Assembly (NCBI GenBank): GCA_026026165.1
Contig: JAPEUD010000001.1
Span: forward strand, 310,001-374,000
Origin: Sarea resinae
Lineage: Eukaryota
DNA: 64,000 nt
Direction: 5' to 3'
This document shows, piece by piece, positions 48,542-62,918 of this stretch. The notes below the pieces were generated by a model, which was not told the origin of the DNA, did not search any database, and saw only the letters and a program-made list of their open reading frames with translations. Position 1 is the stretch's first letter. Each line of letters opens with the position of its first letter. The translations under genes and the position numbers were made by a program.

Positions 48542-48687
48542 AGGATTGAGATAGTTCATATATCTGGCGTCCGCCAAATGATTGGTTGCGTCCCATGAGA
48601 AGATGTCGCTGAACACCCATGCGCCTCCACGCGCCTTCACAGACGGACCAACCAGACCAATAGTATCTACAGAGAAATCGTCAAGTT

Positions 48688-50366
48688 TTAGAACTTCTGC
48701 CTCCCTAGCGTCGGCTTCCAGTCCAGCGGATGCGTTTCGGGGGTAGCTTCATCATCCTGCTTCCATATTTTGACTGAGCGCCAACGGGATTAGCTTTTGA
48801 CAGGAGAGAATTCGAAATTTTGACATACTCGTTTTATCGGCCTCGCCGCATATTAGCCGGAGACCCGTGCGATCATACGTCGAGCTCATTAGACCGGCTT
48901 CCGCGTCCAAGGAGCCAGGCTGTGCAGTCGTTTCCAAAGACTGGAAGCGGTGACCGGATTTCCAATCCCAGAAGCTCATGGAGCCGTTATCACCTTTTCT
49001 TGATCAGTGTACTGTAAATGGAGAATTTCGGAGTGGAAGACCGACCTCCAGAAAATAGAACATTGTCCTCGTTGACACTTAGTGTGTTGATGATCGCATT
49101 GTGCCCATCAAAATTTTGCATGAATGCCCCTTCTGGACACTTCCATTGCTTGATAGTACCCGAGCTTCCGCTCGCGAAGGTGAATTCACTCGGATGAACA
49201 GAGAGGGCCCTAACACCCTTTTTGTGATGGGTGAGAACACCCATCGTCTTGCCCGCCGCAAGATCCCATAGTCGAATCGTAGAATCCAGCGAGGAGCTGA
49301 TGACCTGCGGATCCGCCTCTTGACATTTTATATCAGACACAGTACCCTTGTGCCCGCTCAAGACGTGAATGTTGCTTCTGGATCTCATGTCCCAGACGCG
49401 AGCCACACCGTCTCGGCCACCAGTAACCAGGACATCGAGAGTTGGGTGCAGAGCGAGGGTATAGACACCACTCAAATGGCCGTGGTAGTGACGAATGACC
49501 TTGTTCGTTTCCAGGTCCCAGCATTTCACCATCTTGTCCTCGCCACATGAGAATAGGTAGGGGTGTCTCGGTGAGACCGCCAAACCGCGGACGGTGGAGA
49601 TGTGGCCCGTCAGGGTGAGACGCAGAGAACCCGAAGCCAGATCCCAGATCTTGATTGTCCGATCCCCCGCACCACTAGCAAACCACTCGTTACCAGGCTC
49701 CACTGCTAAACTTCGAACCCAACCTAAGTGACCGGAGATTACCCGCATAAGCTTCCACGGCGGGTGCCAATCAGGCCTAATCTGTTGCACAGTCTGCTTG
49801 CGTACAAGACTCGACGATGGCAGATTCCTCTGAGGTGTTGGACCATTTGCATTTGGGGGTATAACGCCAGGCCCTTTGCCGCGTACTGTCAACGCCGATG
49901 ACGACCCAAGACCACTCGAAACACTCGCTTTCGAAGGGATCCCTTCGATTAACTTGGCGGTTTTCGGGTCGGACGACTCTCCATCGTTTGCTTGTAACCT
50001 GGGCTTTTTTCGTCGCGCAGCAGCCGCCCCAGTCTGCTTTGCTACCAACGGCGCTGGTAGCTCGCGAACATGTTCATATTCACTTCGTATGCGGGAGATT
50101 ATGTTGGCACGGTCCGCAAGGTCTGTGGAATACTGAACATTCGTCTGCTGCGTTGAAGGAGTAATACTGGAATCGGTGAGCGTAGATGGCAGCCCAAAGT
50201 CTGAAGCAAACAGCTCCCTCGTCCGCTTTGCGGAATCTCTCAAAGACAGCTGACAGAAAATATTAGTACACGAGGGGAAAGAGAGCGATCCGGGGATCGG
50301 TGGGAGGTGCCTTCTTACCTGCGGCGACGGAAGTGGCTGCGAATGAGTAGATGCTGCGCTAGCCAT
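48688..50366 (-). CDS. PRP46: Pre-mRNA splicing factor Prp46/PLRG1 (WD40)
   Basis: [46 protein letters not shown] and [10 protein letters not shown]. Confidence 0.97.
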
Positions 50367-51005
50367 CTTTACCTGAACCGTCCGGAGAAACAGTCCTCAC
50401 CGAGATCCGCTAGTAAGGCGAGTAACGGCAGTGAGCAGATTGCCTGATGGACGAGCTTCAAGTGGGTTTGGTAGAGTACAGTGGTTCTGGAATCCCGCGA
50501 TGGTTAGTAGTGATGAACGGAACTTGAGTGGTTAAATCATTCATGTACCTAGAATGTAAGATACCTCGTACCTACCTAGAGCTTACTTTTAACGGTGACA
50601 GCTATGTTACCTAGAGTAGTCTTACTGAACATAAATTCGTAAGGTATAGAGTACATAGTACTCCACCTGTTACGTACCTACCTAAGGTACCTAGTACTTA
50701 TTACTACGTAGTAGTACCCTTCTCAGGCTCGGCTCCACTACTACTCATAAGGCTGGACTGATGTCGTACGCAGTAGTACGGTTAACTATAACTACCTCGA
50801 TGAATAATACTAATGAAGGTAATATCTATGATGGAATCTCAGCCTGAGCTCCTATACCAACTTACCTCACATCCTCAAACTCCCGTCGCGACTCAATAAG
50901 TTATGAGGATAAAGGTGCTTTGACTTACTTCAAACTCAATGCGAGTTAGGCTCTGCTCCATGACTGAAGGTTGAAATCTAATCTATCTCATTCATCAAGA
51001 GCATC

Positions 51006-52167
51006 ATGGATTCGAAAGACCAAGAACAATCAAAATTTGCCATCCATGAAGCTGCGCGGGAAGGCAAGAGTAAGCTGACATGTTCTGTCTGTTCATGACC
51101 AGTAAGTTCCGTTTGAACTGACTCAATTCTTTTCAGCAACCGTTGTGGAATCACTCTTGAATGTAAGCGTCATGCTTGAAAAAGTCCTCGATAAAGGCAC
51201 GAAGCTGCGTCTGGAAGATGTCGCGGCCTTGTTGATAAGATGTGATACAGGCGAATACGCATTTGGCAACTCGTCGAGATGGAGACGACCGTCTTGCCAT
51301 CCACTGGGCAGTCTCGTACAATCAACGAGAAATAGTCGAGCTATTAATGCAAAACAAATATTTTGATCCTGATGTGCAGGTCCGTAGAATTTGTTGTCTT
51401 GTCATTATCATGTACTCATATACTAAATCATGATTAGGATGGATCTGGCTGGACACCTTTGATGATCGCTTCGAGCTTGAAAGATGGGGATGAGCTTGTA
51501 GACCTCCTTCTCCGCAAGGACGCAGATGTCAACGCCAAAAGTAAGTCAGCAAAGGAAATGCTGCATGATAGCAGCGTGCTGCTAATATTAGGGGCTACGT
51601 AGACTTCAACGGACAGGTATGTCTTCATGCTGCGTGTTCGCAGAACTGGCACACATGGAGCTTATCCTCTGATCTGTGATGGTAGTCGGCTTTGCATTTC
51701 TGCGCGTCGAAGAACAATCTTGATATCGCCCGAAAGCTCATTGCATATAAGGCTTCGGCGAGAGTAAAGGATAGACTGGGTCAGCTTGCTCTGCACAGAG
51801 CTGCCGCTATCGGCTCAGTGCCTATGGTCGGACTTCTAATTGACAACCGAAGTCCCTTGAATGCGGCGGACATTTCGGGTCTCACGCCTTTACATCATGG
51901 TGAGCAAAGCGAAACCTGTGGTTCGGCATGATACTGAGTCAATCACCATCAGCAATCTCTGAGGGACACGGAGACACTGCGTTGCTCCTTTTGAAGGCTG
52001 GTGCAGAGACAGACAAGCGAGACGTGGATGGCAATCTAGCAATTGAGCTAGCCCCCGATACTAAGGTCAGAATCTATTAAGCACTTGGGAACGCCCGTCT
52101 CTGACTGCTGTAGATACGCGATTTCATTTTGCAAAGCGCCGAGCGGGAGGGCATCGATCTCTTATAG
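51006..52167 (+). CDS. NAS6: Ankyrin-repeat proteasome assembly chaperone (Nas6/gankyrin), many short exons
   Basis: FAIHEAAREGK, DDRLAIHWAVS, DGSGWTPLMIASS, ALHFCASKNN, ALHRAAAIGS and AISEGHGDTALLLLKAGA. Confidence 0.9.
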
Positions 52168-52290
52168 CATTCGTTCCTTTCTTGCAAAGCTAGATGCTCC
52201 TTCGCCATCATCGCTGAATGCCAGATGTTGTAAATTTCTTATCAAGCTATACATCGGGCCAACTCATACTCGAACGGACTCGCCCTAAGA

Positions 52291-55115
52291 CTATCTCATG
52301 GTGCTCTCGACAAGCTCCCGATATATCTTTTTCAGATCTGCAATGTCCGCCCGCTGCTCTTCAACTTGCTCGCTTTTCTCCCCAAGCATCTCCAATGTAG
52401 TTTGATATCTCTTGTCCATTTCCACGATGTGAAGCTCCAGTCTTTTAATACGTTCGTCGGCATTCCGCTTCTCTTCTACTTCCCGCATCAAAGCAACCAC
52501 CTCCTCTCGTGCCTCGTCTCGTTGAGCACATAGTCGGACAAGCTCTTCCTCAGTTGCCGCTTTTTCGCTTTCGAGACGCCGCACCGCGGCGCTCATACGC
52601 TCCACTAACTGTACTGACGGGCCGGTGCCTACTGTTGATGCTGAGATCACATCGTTCACTGTACGGTGGGGCGACGAAGGTGTGATAACCCCGTTGAAGA
52701 AATCCTCATTTTCCATAGCATGAATGGAAGGCGTTTCCGGGATGCTGCCATGCTGTGGTAACGACGGCAAGGAATCTTGCCTGGGCGGGGTCCCAAACTC
52801 CGGTCGCAAGGGCTGGCCTGAGGCCCGACGGCTTGAAGGACGCTCGTAAGCAGAAGCGGACGTATCTCCTGCGATCGACCGCCCTGGGGCCCTGCGCATG
52901 TGTAGATAGAGAAGATCCGAAGCCGAGTGCTTTCGATTTGGTGTTGCTGGCGATTCCGGCCGGAGATGTTGATCGGCAACAAGTGCCTGGGGCTCCTCTC
53001 CTTTCCATCGGGCTCCGTATTCTTCGTTACGCTGGCGCATTTCGGAATCCCAGGCTTGGCGCTCCCTGTCGTGTTCTGCTCTAGCATCAATGAATGACGT
53101 GTTCAATTGCATAAGCTTCTGTTGTAGTCTCTCAAGCTGGAGCTTGCTCTCAGAAAAATCTTGCTCGGTATTATGGAGTGTATCGCGAGCCTTTTCTAAT
53201 TCCTCCTCAATTCGTTTCATTTTTTGTGTCTTCGTAATGATCAGCAGCTGCCTGTATACCCTAAATTGTTGGCTGGAGTACATACCACTTCACGCGCTCT
53301 CCGCCTCGCTTCTCCCTCTCTTTTCGACAACTCATCTCGCTCCTTTTCTAGATCTGCGACTCGAGATAGAAGAGCTCCCTCGATCCCTTGCCAATTCTCG
53401 CTTGCCACAGCGTACTGTGTCTGAAGAGTCTCGATTTGCCGAAGCAATTTCACTTGTGCATCTCCCGTAGCGCCAGCAGAAACTTCTTCAGCATGACTCC
53501 GTAACGTTTCTATCCTCCTCTCGAGAGCCTAAATGCGCGTCAGCGTGAGCAATATTGACCTCGCACAACACGTACTGATTGCTCTCGGCGCAGCTCTACC
53601 TCGACCAGATGTGACCGTTCCTTTTCCCTTTCAAGTTCACCTTTCAAGCCGTTGATCTCACTCTGGTATTTCTCCTCCGAAATCTGCTTTTCAATCCTAG
53701 CGTTCGATAGATCGTCCTGTAATTCTGTGATGGCTGTCCTCTCGGCCTCAAGTGCCCCAGATTTCGCCTCCTTTTCCGCGACTTCAGCTCTTTTTGTGGC
53801 CTCAGAGAGCTGCGACCGAAGTGTTGCTAGAAGTGCATTGCTAGAATCTCGTCCTGCCTTCATATTCTCCAACTCCTTCTCTAAATTAGACAGAGACTTC
53901 AACTTATTCTTCGCCTGCTTTTCTGCATTCTCGGCGCGCCTGGCCTTCTCCTTTACGGCCTGTAAATCTTTCTCAACCTTTGCCCAACGACGTTGCCCTT
54001 CCAATAGATTCTTACTATCCTCACTAGCTTTGGCGCGCAGACTCTTGATTGTATTTATATGTTTGAGTTCTTGTTTCGAGAGCTTTTGACCTTCTTCCAT
54101 GATCAGTGCAATTTGTTCTTCCCTTTCCGCGAGTTTCCTCTCAAGGCTACCAGGCGGATTGGCAAACGAGGTCTGCTTGGCCGAATCAGCAATTTCTCTG
54201 GATAGGTATTGGAGTTTTGCCTGGAGAGCGTCAATTCGCTCCATGTAGCTGTGCATTTCTTCCTGCCGTCGCAGCTCGCACACCTCATAGTCAGACTTCA
54301 TCTGTGCTATTATCGCCTGGTAGTCCGCCGGCGACATAGCTTCTGAGTCTGTATCTCGAGCATCCAAGTTCGTATCTGTGAAGTTTTGAGTAACAGGACG
54401 CTCCTGCGTTATTTCTGTGGGTTGTCGAGAGACGGCCGAAGACTTCGATTCAATAGATGGTTTGGGAGAGACAGTAGAAGCGAGCAATGATGATGGAAGA
54501 CGAGTGCCTAATTCTGCACTTGGCTGCTGAGGAATGTCTTTGTTCTTGAAGCTTGATCCCTGGGTACTGCCATCCAAGTCTCGAGTCTCTTCTCTTTCGT
54601 TCGTTTCTGTCGTAGCTGGATAACTTTTTGTTGCCTCAACTTCTATGGACCTTGATCTATTGTCGAGGCTTGACCGGGGACTAGCCGTACTGACAACTGG
54701 ACTAGCAGCTCGAGAGGATACGCCCGAAGGAGTACCAGAGCTTCCGTCATTGCGTATCGAGTTGTTTTTAACCATGGCCTTCGCCAATCGCTCTTGGAGG
54801 CGATCCTGAGCCCTGCTACTCGAAGGGCTTCGCGACAAACCTAGAGTGAGTGTCAGCCACTTTTGAAGTATGCTCAAAACCCACGGGGATTTTACTCTTG
54901 CGTGGCTTGGATTCTGCAGCAGGTGTTGATGCCGTTGATGCATTGCGTCCCGACTCCGACTCCTGCGTGCCGAGATCTTGCGCCTTGAAATCCTCTCCCG
55001 CCTTATCATCCTCGGCCAAGATGTTGTCAAGCCTGGACTCGACACCAGCAACAGCTTGCTGCAACAGCGAGCCCCATCGCGAAGACTGCTTGCTAGATCG
55101 AGATGGTGTTGCCAT
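52291..55115 (-). CDS. SGM1: Golgin Sgm1/TMF1 (coiled coil with TMF domains)
   Basis: WGSLLQQAVAGVESRLD, LIMEEGQKLSKQELKH, LLRQIETLQTQY, PSVQLVERMSAAVRRLESE and LEMLGEKSEQVEE. Confidence 0.92.
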
Positions 55116-56072
55116 AGCCACTAATAAAGAATGAGCGCGATGACTTGAGGTCTCATTTCACAGCGGTTGTCTAGCTACCTTCAGGGCTCAAGGCGCAATC
55201 ATCCCTCTCGCATTACGGATTCATCCAGACTACTTTGAAAGAAAGACGGGAAGGAGCTTATATTTGGGGAAGAGCCCTTATGATCATAACAACAGCAGCT
55301 TCTTGGCTCCGAGGTTGTGGAGAGAGATTTCCATTAAGAATGTACCGATGGCTCTCTAGTGAGTGAGTACCGGGGTACCTTCTCTGTACGAGCTATCTGT
55401 ACTTCGTACCTGGCCAAAAGTCGCGACCAATTACCAGCTGTCCACCCAAGCCACGTTTTGTTTTAGATGAGGTGTACTGCAGTGTACTCGAGAGCATCCA
55501 GATGTGACCACTTTCAGATACCTAAACCAAGTCGGACATTTAGGCTATTTTTGTAGCAAACGATCTCTACAATTCTTTCGTCCTTATCAGATGAATTGCA
55601 TTCACACCCAAGGTGGGCGCAGATGTACTTTCAGAACCTTACGCAGACTTCTGTCATTACACTACAAAAAATCTCCTAAGCTGGCGAAATGGGCTGCTGT
55701 GAGTACTTTATAGCCCTTTATTTGTCAGAGCGACGGCGTGAGGCCTAAAAGCCCTTTGGCCTTTGTATGAAGTGCTGTAGCAGGACCTTCAAATCTGGGG
55801 GCATCTACCAGTACAGTAAGGTACCTGCTAATCAGTCCCTGAACGGCTTGAGGATGACAACAATTCATGCCGTTACTGAAATATCCGTTGACATACAGTT
55901 GAGACGTATTCATTTTCCACCTTTAGCTTTGGAAGGGGAAATGCCAACCATCAAGTCTTGGTCAAAGACCTCCACACAAATATCGAAATATGCAGCTCAA
56001 GATACAATGTCTATGGTAGATCCCCTCACGCCTAACACACTCCCACACTTAGAGAACTAATTATCGTTGGCT

Positions 56073-59000
56073 TTACCATTCCTCATCAGCATCTACCCAG
56101 ACCAGTATACCCTGTTTGTCCATCCTCATGCCCGTTGTTGGGATGACCTTCAGAGTCTTGTTGAAGTACCGATCGACGACTTTGAGTTGTGGCTGAATCC
56201 ATGTGCCTCTCGCGGACGGAAGGAGACTGTAGCGAACCACCCGCCTGGAGAGAGGTAAGACCTGCAATGACCCTAGTTTCGGACCGCTAAAGGCAAAGTC
56301 CTCACTTGCTTCCATTGATACATCAAACGTTAACAAATGCATCGAAGGATTCTCCATATAGTAGTCAAGGCAGGTGAGTGCTGGGATCTCCTTCGATGGA
56401 TACGCAGAGGCCAGTACGCGGGGCTCGCCATAACGAATTGCGAGACGCGGCGCTGCTAGAGACGTAACATTCTGTTCTGCATCAGGTTCAGGCCTTCTCC
56501 ACTTTATCACGAGTGCCAAATCGAGCGAAACTCCGTTCCGGTCTTCGAGAGTCAGCTTTCTCGCGTCAAGGACGAAAGATCTTTCCACCATATCTCCATG
56601 GAGAAGTTCCAAAGGCATATGACCCCCGTAACCCTGAGGATTGATAGAGCAGGAGACTCTACCGCCGTTCGAGTCTATCATGAGAAGCTCCGTATCTTCG
56701 ACTACTAGCTTCTGCACCGCAAATGAGGCTATCTTCGAAGCCACGTGCCAGCTTTGGGCAATACCGACGGCTTTAGGAAGCGACGCCTCATCAAGTTCAT
56801 CGTCTTCCGCCAATTCACCCAGCTGGAAGAAGCTTGGCCATTTGTCGTGGTGAATTTGAGGTTGAAAATCATAATTAGCTTCGAAAGGCCTTACAATAAG
56901 GATATTTGCCGTCAAGGTCTTGGAGATGGGCGTCTCCAAATCTGATAAGAGATGATAAAGGACCTTAATCTCAAGAACGTATTCAGTGGGCTCTGATGTC
57001 GTAGCAAAGCTGACACTTTCCAACGCGCTTGCTGTTGGTCTGAGTTTGCCTATACTATGGCCAGGGAGGCCGATGTGATTATCTTCTGAAGAGTCATCAT
57101 TGCTGACATCACTTTGTCGATTGTGCTTCTGCGACCAGATCACTTCAGGCACTTTCTCCGAGCGTGAGAGCAGACGTAAATCGAGTGTAGCTTCGGCTTC
57201 CTCCTCTTCCTCGTTCAGCACCAAGATTTGAATCGTGACCATCTCATCAGTAAAATACTGATCTCTCATTGTTGGGACTTGGATTTCCATTTTTGGAGGC
57301 CGCGGTAGGATCTTCAAAGCGGATGGGTCGACTCTCGCAATCGGTCTCTTCTTGATACCACTTGTCCCGTTCGCCCACCAATGATTCGAACTATTAAGAC
57401 TTTCGATGGTTGAGCTACAGTCTAAATCGAAAAGTGGTTCTTTCAAAGAAAAAATTACACAGTCAACTCGGACCTCGCCAGCCTCTCTAAAGATATTGGA
57501 GAAGCTGAAGACCTTTGTCTGCCCCGGGAAGAACGTCAGACTTGCCTTGCCTTCTAAGAGCAATGCAGAAGCGGTGGTTTGCGGTTGAGCAGGTAGGTGA
57601 TCTGCACGAGGTACTTCAGAAAGTGAGACATCCATCAACACTAGACTCCCCGAGCTGAAGCCGTTAGGGCCTTGGGGAGTATCTGGGTTCCGAAGTTGAA
57701 TTGTCCTGGAACTTCCTATGTAGTTGATTGATATTTGAGAGAATGTTATTGGTGCCGAACCTTTGTGAGCTCTTGACTTCAAGACCAACTGAGAGATCAC
57801 CGATTCGCCAACATTGCCTTCTAGACTTTCAAAGCAATACGTAGCGGACACTTGGATAGTGAGTATTCAACTAAGCCTCTGGAAATATCGCTCAAGAACT
57901 TACTGAAAGATACTATGTTGCCAGATTTCAAAGAAACATGGGGCCTCGTCTTGATGTGCTGGAGGCCGTTCAAAGAGTCAGAGAAATTGTAATTCCAGCC
58001 CGGCATGAGTGCAAAGACTAGAATCAGATCGTAAGCATGAATCTTGAGAGAACAAAAGCTCGGCTTGAGCTGGCCGTCAATCATACGATCAAGAACGGCC
58101 TACCTTCATTCATCAATTCCCACTCGACAGCTAAGAAGGTATGTGAATCTCCGGTGCGGGAGGCACAGTCCTTGAGAGCCCAACCAACTTCCTCGACCAG
58201 TTCCCACCAGCCTTCCTTTCGCCAGCTCATGGATTGCCACAAGGGTTCTAGAACCTCTTGAGCTTCGGCCCAACTGCTCTGTCCCATGAACTCCTTCGCG
58301 ACATCAAGCTTTAACCGCTCCTCGGCTCGCTTCTGGCCCCGAGCCCGAAATTCGGCGATTGATTGTTGAAGAGCGTCCACGATCAGGGCTGAATGATCTA
58401 TTCCTTTGTGGCCAGGTAGGGGAGACTCAATATGAGGTTCTGGACAAAGATAAGTGTCGTACAAGTAAGATTTACTGGCGACTTGCGAGGCCGGCGATTG
58501 CCCCGGTGAAACCCGGTCTTCCTCTGGCATCGCCTCGGCGAATGTGCGCCGCGTGCGAAGGTGTGACACAGACTGATTGAACCAATATCCAGGGTGGTGC
58601 AAATGATCGGATGGTAAGAGAGTGTCTCCAACAAGTGCACCTTTTTCCGGCGGCATAAATATAGATGTACAGTCTGGCCCCACCTGCTTTTCTGGAGCGC
58701 CTGGCGGAGCTAACAACTCAGGAAGCTCGGCCTTCTGCAGAAGCTCAGCCATAACCGTTGCCCATCTTGCCTCCCAAGCCTCCCATCCGTAGTTTGACGA
58801 ACCTTTCCCCCTACGATCCACTAAGTCTCTCAGCCTAGACCTGTGATTGCTCCACGATTGTACAGCTGAGGTGGTTTGGCCATTCCATAGCAGGCATCGA
58901 ATTATGCGGATGGCGATTGTGTCAGCTAGCAGCCGAGCTTCATTGAATCGCGGACTCCAGGAAGCTATTATCTCGAAGACCTCCTGACCCAGCAGGCTCT

Positions 59001-60056
59001 CGTAAGCCCCTTCGTAGCTACGACCGGCGGCATCCATTTCTTGGCGAAATTCTGCGAAAACTCCCAACTTATATTCATATCGGACATTCCATCCCTGACT
59101 GGGAAGTGTCTGGGAGGTACCAGACGTTGGGGGGATTGTCGGCGGGGGGATGATTCCACGATTCCTCTTTCTCCTTGAGTGTTTGGATAAGTCGCGGTAG
59201 TACTCCACACACAAAGGGTACACGGTTGAGAGCACCGTGACCGCAAAGTTTTGAATCTCCACACGGGATGAGTCCGGAGGAAGGAAAAATAACGAGGTCT
59301 TGTTATCCAAGCCAGTAGCTCGTCGTATAGCTGAGAGGCGTTCATCAGCCTCGGCTCCCAGGATAGATGATTCGCTCAAAAGAACGACTACGAAGCGAGT
59401 CTTGTAGGAAGAGCTTTCGAAAACTCTTTTGATTTTGTTGATTTCGGTCTTCAATTGATTATCACAAAGCGTACTTCGGCTGGGATCCGACGTAAAAGTA
59501 AAAAAGGATACGAACGCGGCCGGTAGTAAAGATTGATGCTTATCTACCCAAAGCGGCGTCATTACACCATCGGGAAAAGTAGTCGACTCTGGAGATAATG
59601 GAGACAAGGGAGAATGTAGGATCGGCAAAGAAGATGGCTTGGAAGCTGGACTCATCGGTGTGGCAGGTAATGTGGGTGAAACTTGCGGAGCATCTGCTTT
59701 GTGTGGTGGTAGAATGTACTTCTAGTAGATCTATCAGCAGGGCCTCATGACTAGCTGCGCGCATTGCGACCAACCCGTCCAATTGCCTTCATCCTAAAGA
59801 CAAACTTGTTTTTTTCAAGCCTGCCGTTCCAGGCTGCATTGCGTGAATCGAGATGGAGGAAGTCCTGAAGCAATCGATCGGCCGTTTCGTTCGCTACTGG
59901 AGGCACTTCTGAGCCGATCTTGAAACCCCTTTGAGCCAATAAAGGGTAGGATTGTTCAACTGAATCTGCGGGAGTATGGAGATGGTCCGGCCCCAGACCG
60001 GAAAGGACCAAAAGGGGGACATTATGAACAATATATCCCTCCGGATACGCCTCCAT
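56073..60056 (-). CDS. TRAPPC11: TRAPP III subunit TRAPPC11 (foie gras/gryzun domains)
   Basis: HSPLSPLSP..FPDGVMTPLWVDKH, WNVRYEYKLGVFAEFRQ, WRKEGWW and a C-terminal gryzun-like ENPSMHLLTF...FAFSGPK. Confidence 0.9.
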
Positions 60057-60768
60057 ATTGCAACGAGTCTCAGCAGCAGCCTTATTCAAGTTTCCGGAGC
60101 TGAAGCTCCGAGTGTTCGAGATATTCCCTGTCCTCCCAGGAACTGCAAAGAATCCAGAGGAGACGACTCTTTCGTGAAAGCTTTGCAAGTGGGAGGACAA
60201 CGGTAGAACATGGCGTTACCCAGACGTAGTATTAACTAGAGTAGGGAAGATACTGGGCGTTGACGAATTGACGAATTGATCGATATCGATATGTACTGCC
60301 CTTCTAAGCTTTCTGACTCGCCGTACTAATCCGTCTTCGGGCGTACCCGTGGACCTTACCGGGCTCCAGTGGCCGGGGGCTCGCACTTTAGTACGTTGGA
60401 GCAAGGGAACTCTCTACGAAGGAACGGCTTTTTCCGTTCCTTTTGGGATCCATCATGGATGGATACCTAGGTACCTAAGAGGTAGCTATCGGTCTTCGGT
60501 GCCTGGATCCCGAGTGCTGCGTTAAATGGCATTGCGTTGATGTAGTCAATCACCCTGCCTTTCCTTCACTGCATTTTACTCACTGCGCACTCACGAAACC
60601 ATTTTGCTTTTGAATTACTGAGACTACGACTCATTTAGCTCACCTCCTGCGTAAAACGCCCATCTACCTTCGAAGTCCGTATCCTTCTGCCACAAACCCT
60701 CTCTCTTGAGCTCCGTCGCATCGTTCGAACATCCTCTAACCCTCTCGAAAAGGTATCTTGCGCCCGAC

Positions 60769-62583
60769 ATGGCAGCGCAAGCGGTTCTCATCGCCGAGAC
60801 AATCGCCGGTATGAAGAAGGCAATATCACGGAGGGATGATGGTATGAAATCCTAGAATCACCAATTACTCCCGCCCAATTAGACTAACCCCTCCAAAAGA
60901 GTCTGATTCGGACGAATCGATCAACCACCCATCAAATCGTGGGAACAAGTTAAAACGCAAGGCGCGGTATGTCCATGAAGGACAGTTGAACCTACCAAAT
61001 GGCCCATCAGTGTATAGACGAGTAAGTGATTCAGGAACCATCACGGGCTCGTCTGATTGCTTGTGCCGAATTGTCTGACAGACTACGCGTACAGAAAATT
61101 GAGCATGCTGGCTACGAGCGACATATCATCAATCGGAACCCTCCTCGAATCGATGAAGATGGTGACGAATTGGAAGATGATGATGTTGATGAGCAAGCGG
61201 ATGCAGATGCAGCAGAAGAGAATCCATATGGGGGCATCAAGCTCGAATGTAGGTAGATGAATTCTAGCGACCTTTGGAACTCATATGCTAACGCACGAAC
61301 GATGGAAAGTTCTTCTTGCCCCTTTGACTACCGCTGCAGAATTGGTCAGCCATCCATCACTCTCAACGCCATACATATCCAACACTTTGAGCGAGATAAC
61401 GGAGCAGGCTTCCCAAATGCTTCATAGAGAAAAGGAGTCTTTATGGAGGATGAAGCAGCTACTAACAAGATTTCGGGGAGATGAGACGTGGATACCTCTT
61501 GGGAAACTTGAGACCGAGAAAGACCTCTCGCTTTTTCGTTCGACCCGTCCATTTCCAGGTGAGGATGCAGCAACTTCAGTTATACTTGGTGAGGCTGTTG
61601 AGAGATTGGAGGGAAGACATTCAACGCCTAGGTCAGACGAGAAGGGGCATGATGGCGATACCGTAAATGATAAGGAGGTGGACCCTCGAAAAACAGTCGC
61701 AAATGACGATGACAGTGTGGGACCAGAAGCAAAAGTTGATGAGCACAATGAGCCGGCAAAGGAAGATGCTTCACTCATCAAAGCTTCTGAGGCGCCTCCT
61801 TCAGAAGATACCGCCATGGCCGATGCGCCAAACGATGCTAGCTTGGATGAAGGCCAGACTGATAGTGCAAAGGAAAAAACCCCCCAAGCCAAGGCCGACG
61901 AAACAGTGAAAGAATTAAATCAGAATTCCACCTTGAAGACAACCTCAACAACAGCCCCCAGCAATGCTGATGCTGAGTCCGAGATTGGAATTCGGACGGA
62001 GGATCGTGATGCGAATGCGTATGAAAACCAGCATTTAGTACACGCTCAGAACGATACCGATATGAACGGGACCGAAGGCGGGATCACTGCAGGGGGGGCA
62101 GAAGAAGAGGACGAGGACTCTCAGCCGGCGCCGCATCGCATGACGACCCGTGCGCAAGCTCAAGCTGCATCTGACAATGCAACGTCCTCTCGGACTCGTT
62201 CATCGTCACCTGCATCATCCGAGTCACCTATGATTCACCCTCTCTTCACCGTCCCGCCTACTGCTCTGCCTGATCGTGATTTTGGACTTCCTCCTGCCGA
62301 GGCAGAGGACACACGCCGCTTATTGCTTCTCTACGTGCAGAAGCAAGAAGAAGTGTGTCGTGGTGCCGAGAAGCTGTACGATGGACTTCTCAAGGCGGAC
62401 AGAATGAGAAAGAAGGTGCTGCATTGGACCAAAGCTGATGCTCATGTGGGAGAGATGAGCGATGGGGAAGACTGGTATGACAAGGAAGAATGGGGATTGG
62501 AGGAAGATTTGAAAAAGGGGCACGAGGAGGAAGAAGATGACACCGCTAATCAAGGCAAGAAGACCAGAGGACGCCGAAATTAG
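60769..62583 (+). CDS. RXT2: Rxt2-like subunit of the Rpd3L histone deacetylase complex
   Basis: SNRGNKLKRKARYV, NPYGGIKL..LLAPL...HPSLS, YVQKQEEVCRG and HVGEMSDGEDWYD. Confidence 0.85.
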
Positions 62584-62918
62584 GGATCGCCAATCTATGA
62601 GCTGCACGGGGTCCGAGCCATGTTCCATAGTGTTGCCGATCAATGAAATGTTATTGCTGCCGGGTAAAATGCTCATGGCAGTAGCTATTAGGATCGCGTA
62701 ACGGCCTGTCGCACCTGGATGATTACAAGGACATATTCTCGCTTTTTCGGTCCCCCATGCTTTTGAATGCGTCATAGTTGATACTCTGCGACGCCAGACC
62801 ATTGTTGAAGACACCCTCCCCCTCCTTCCCTTCTTCTCCCCCCTCCCCGGGCCCCCACGGGGCGGCACCCCACCGGCGACAGGGAGCTTGACATTCCGTG
62901 TTTCATTTTTAATGATGC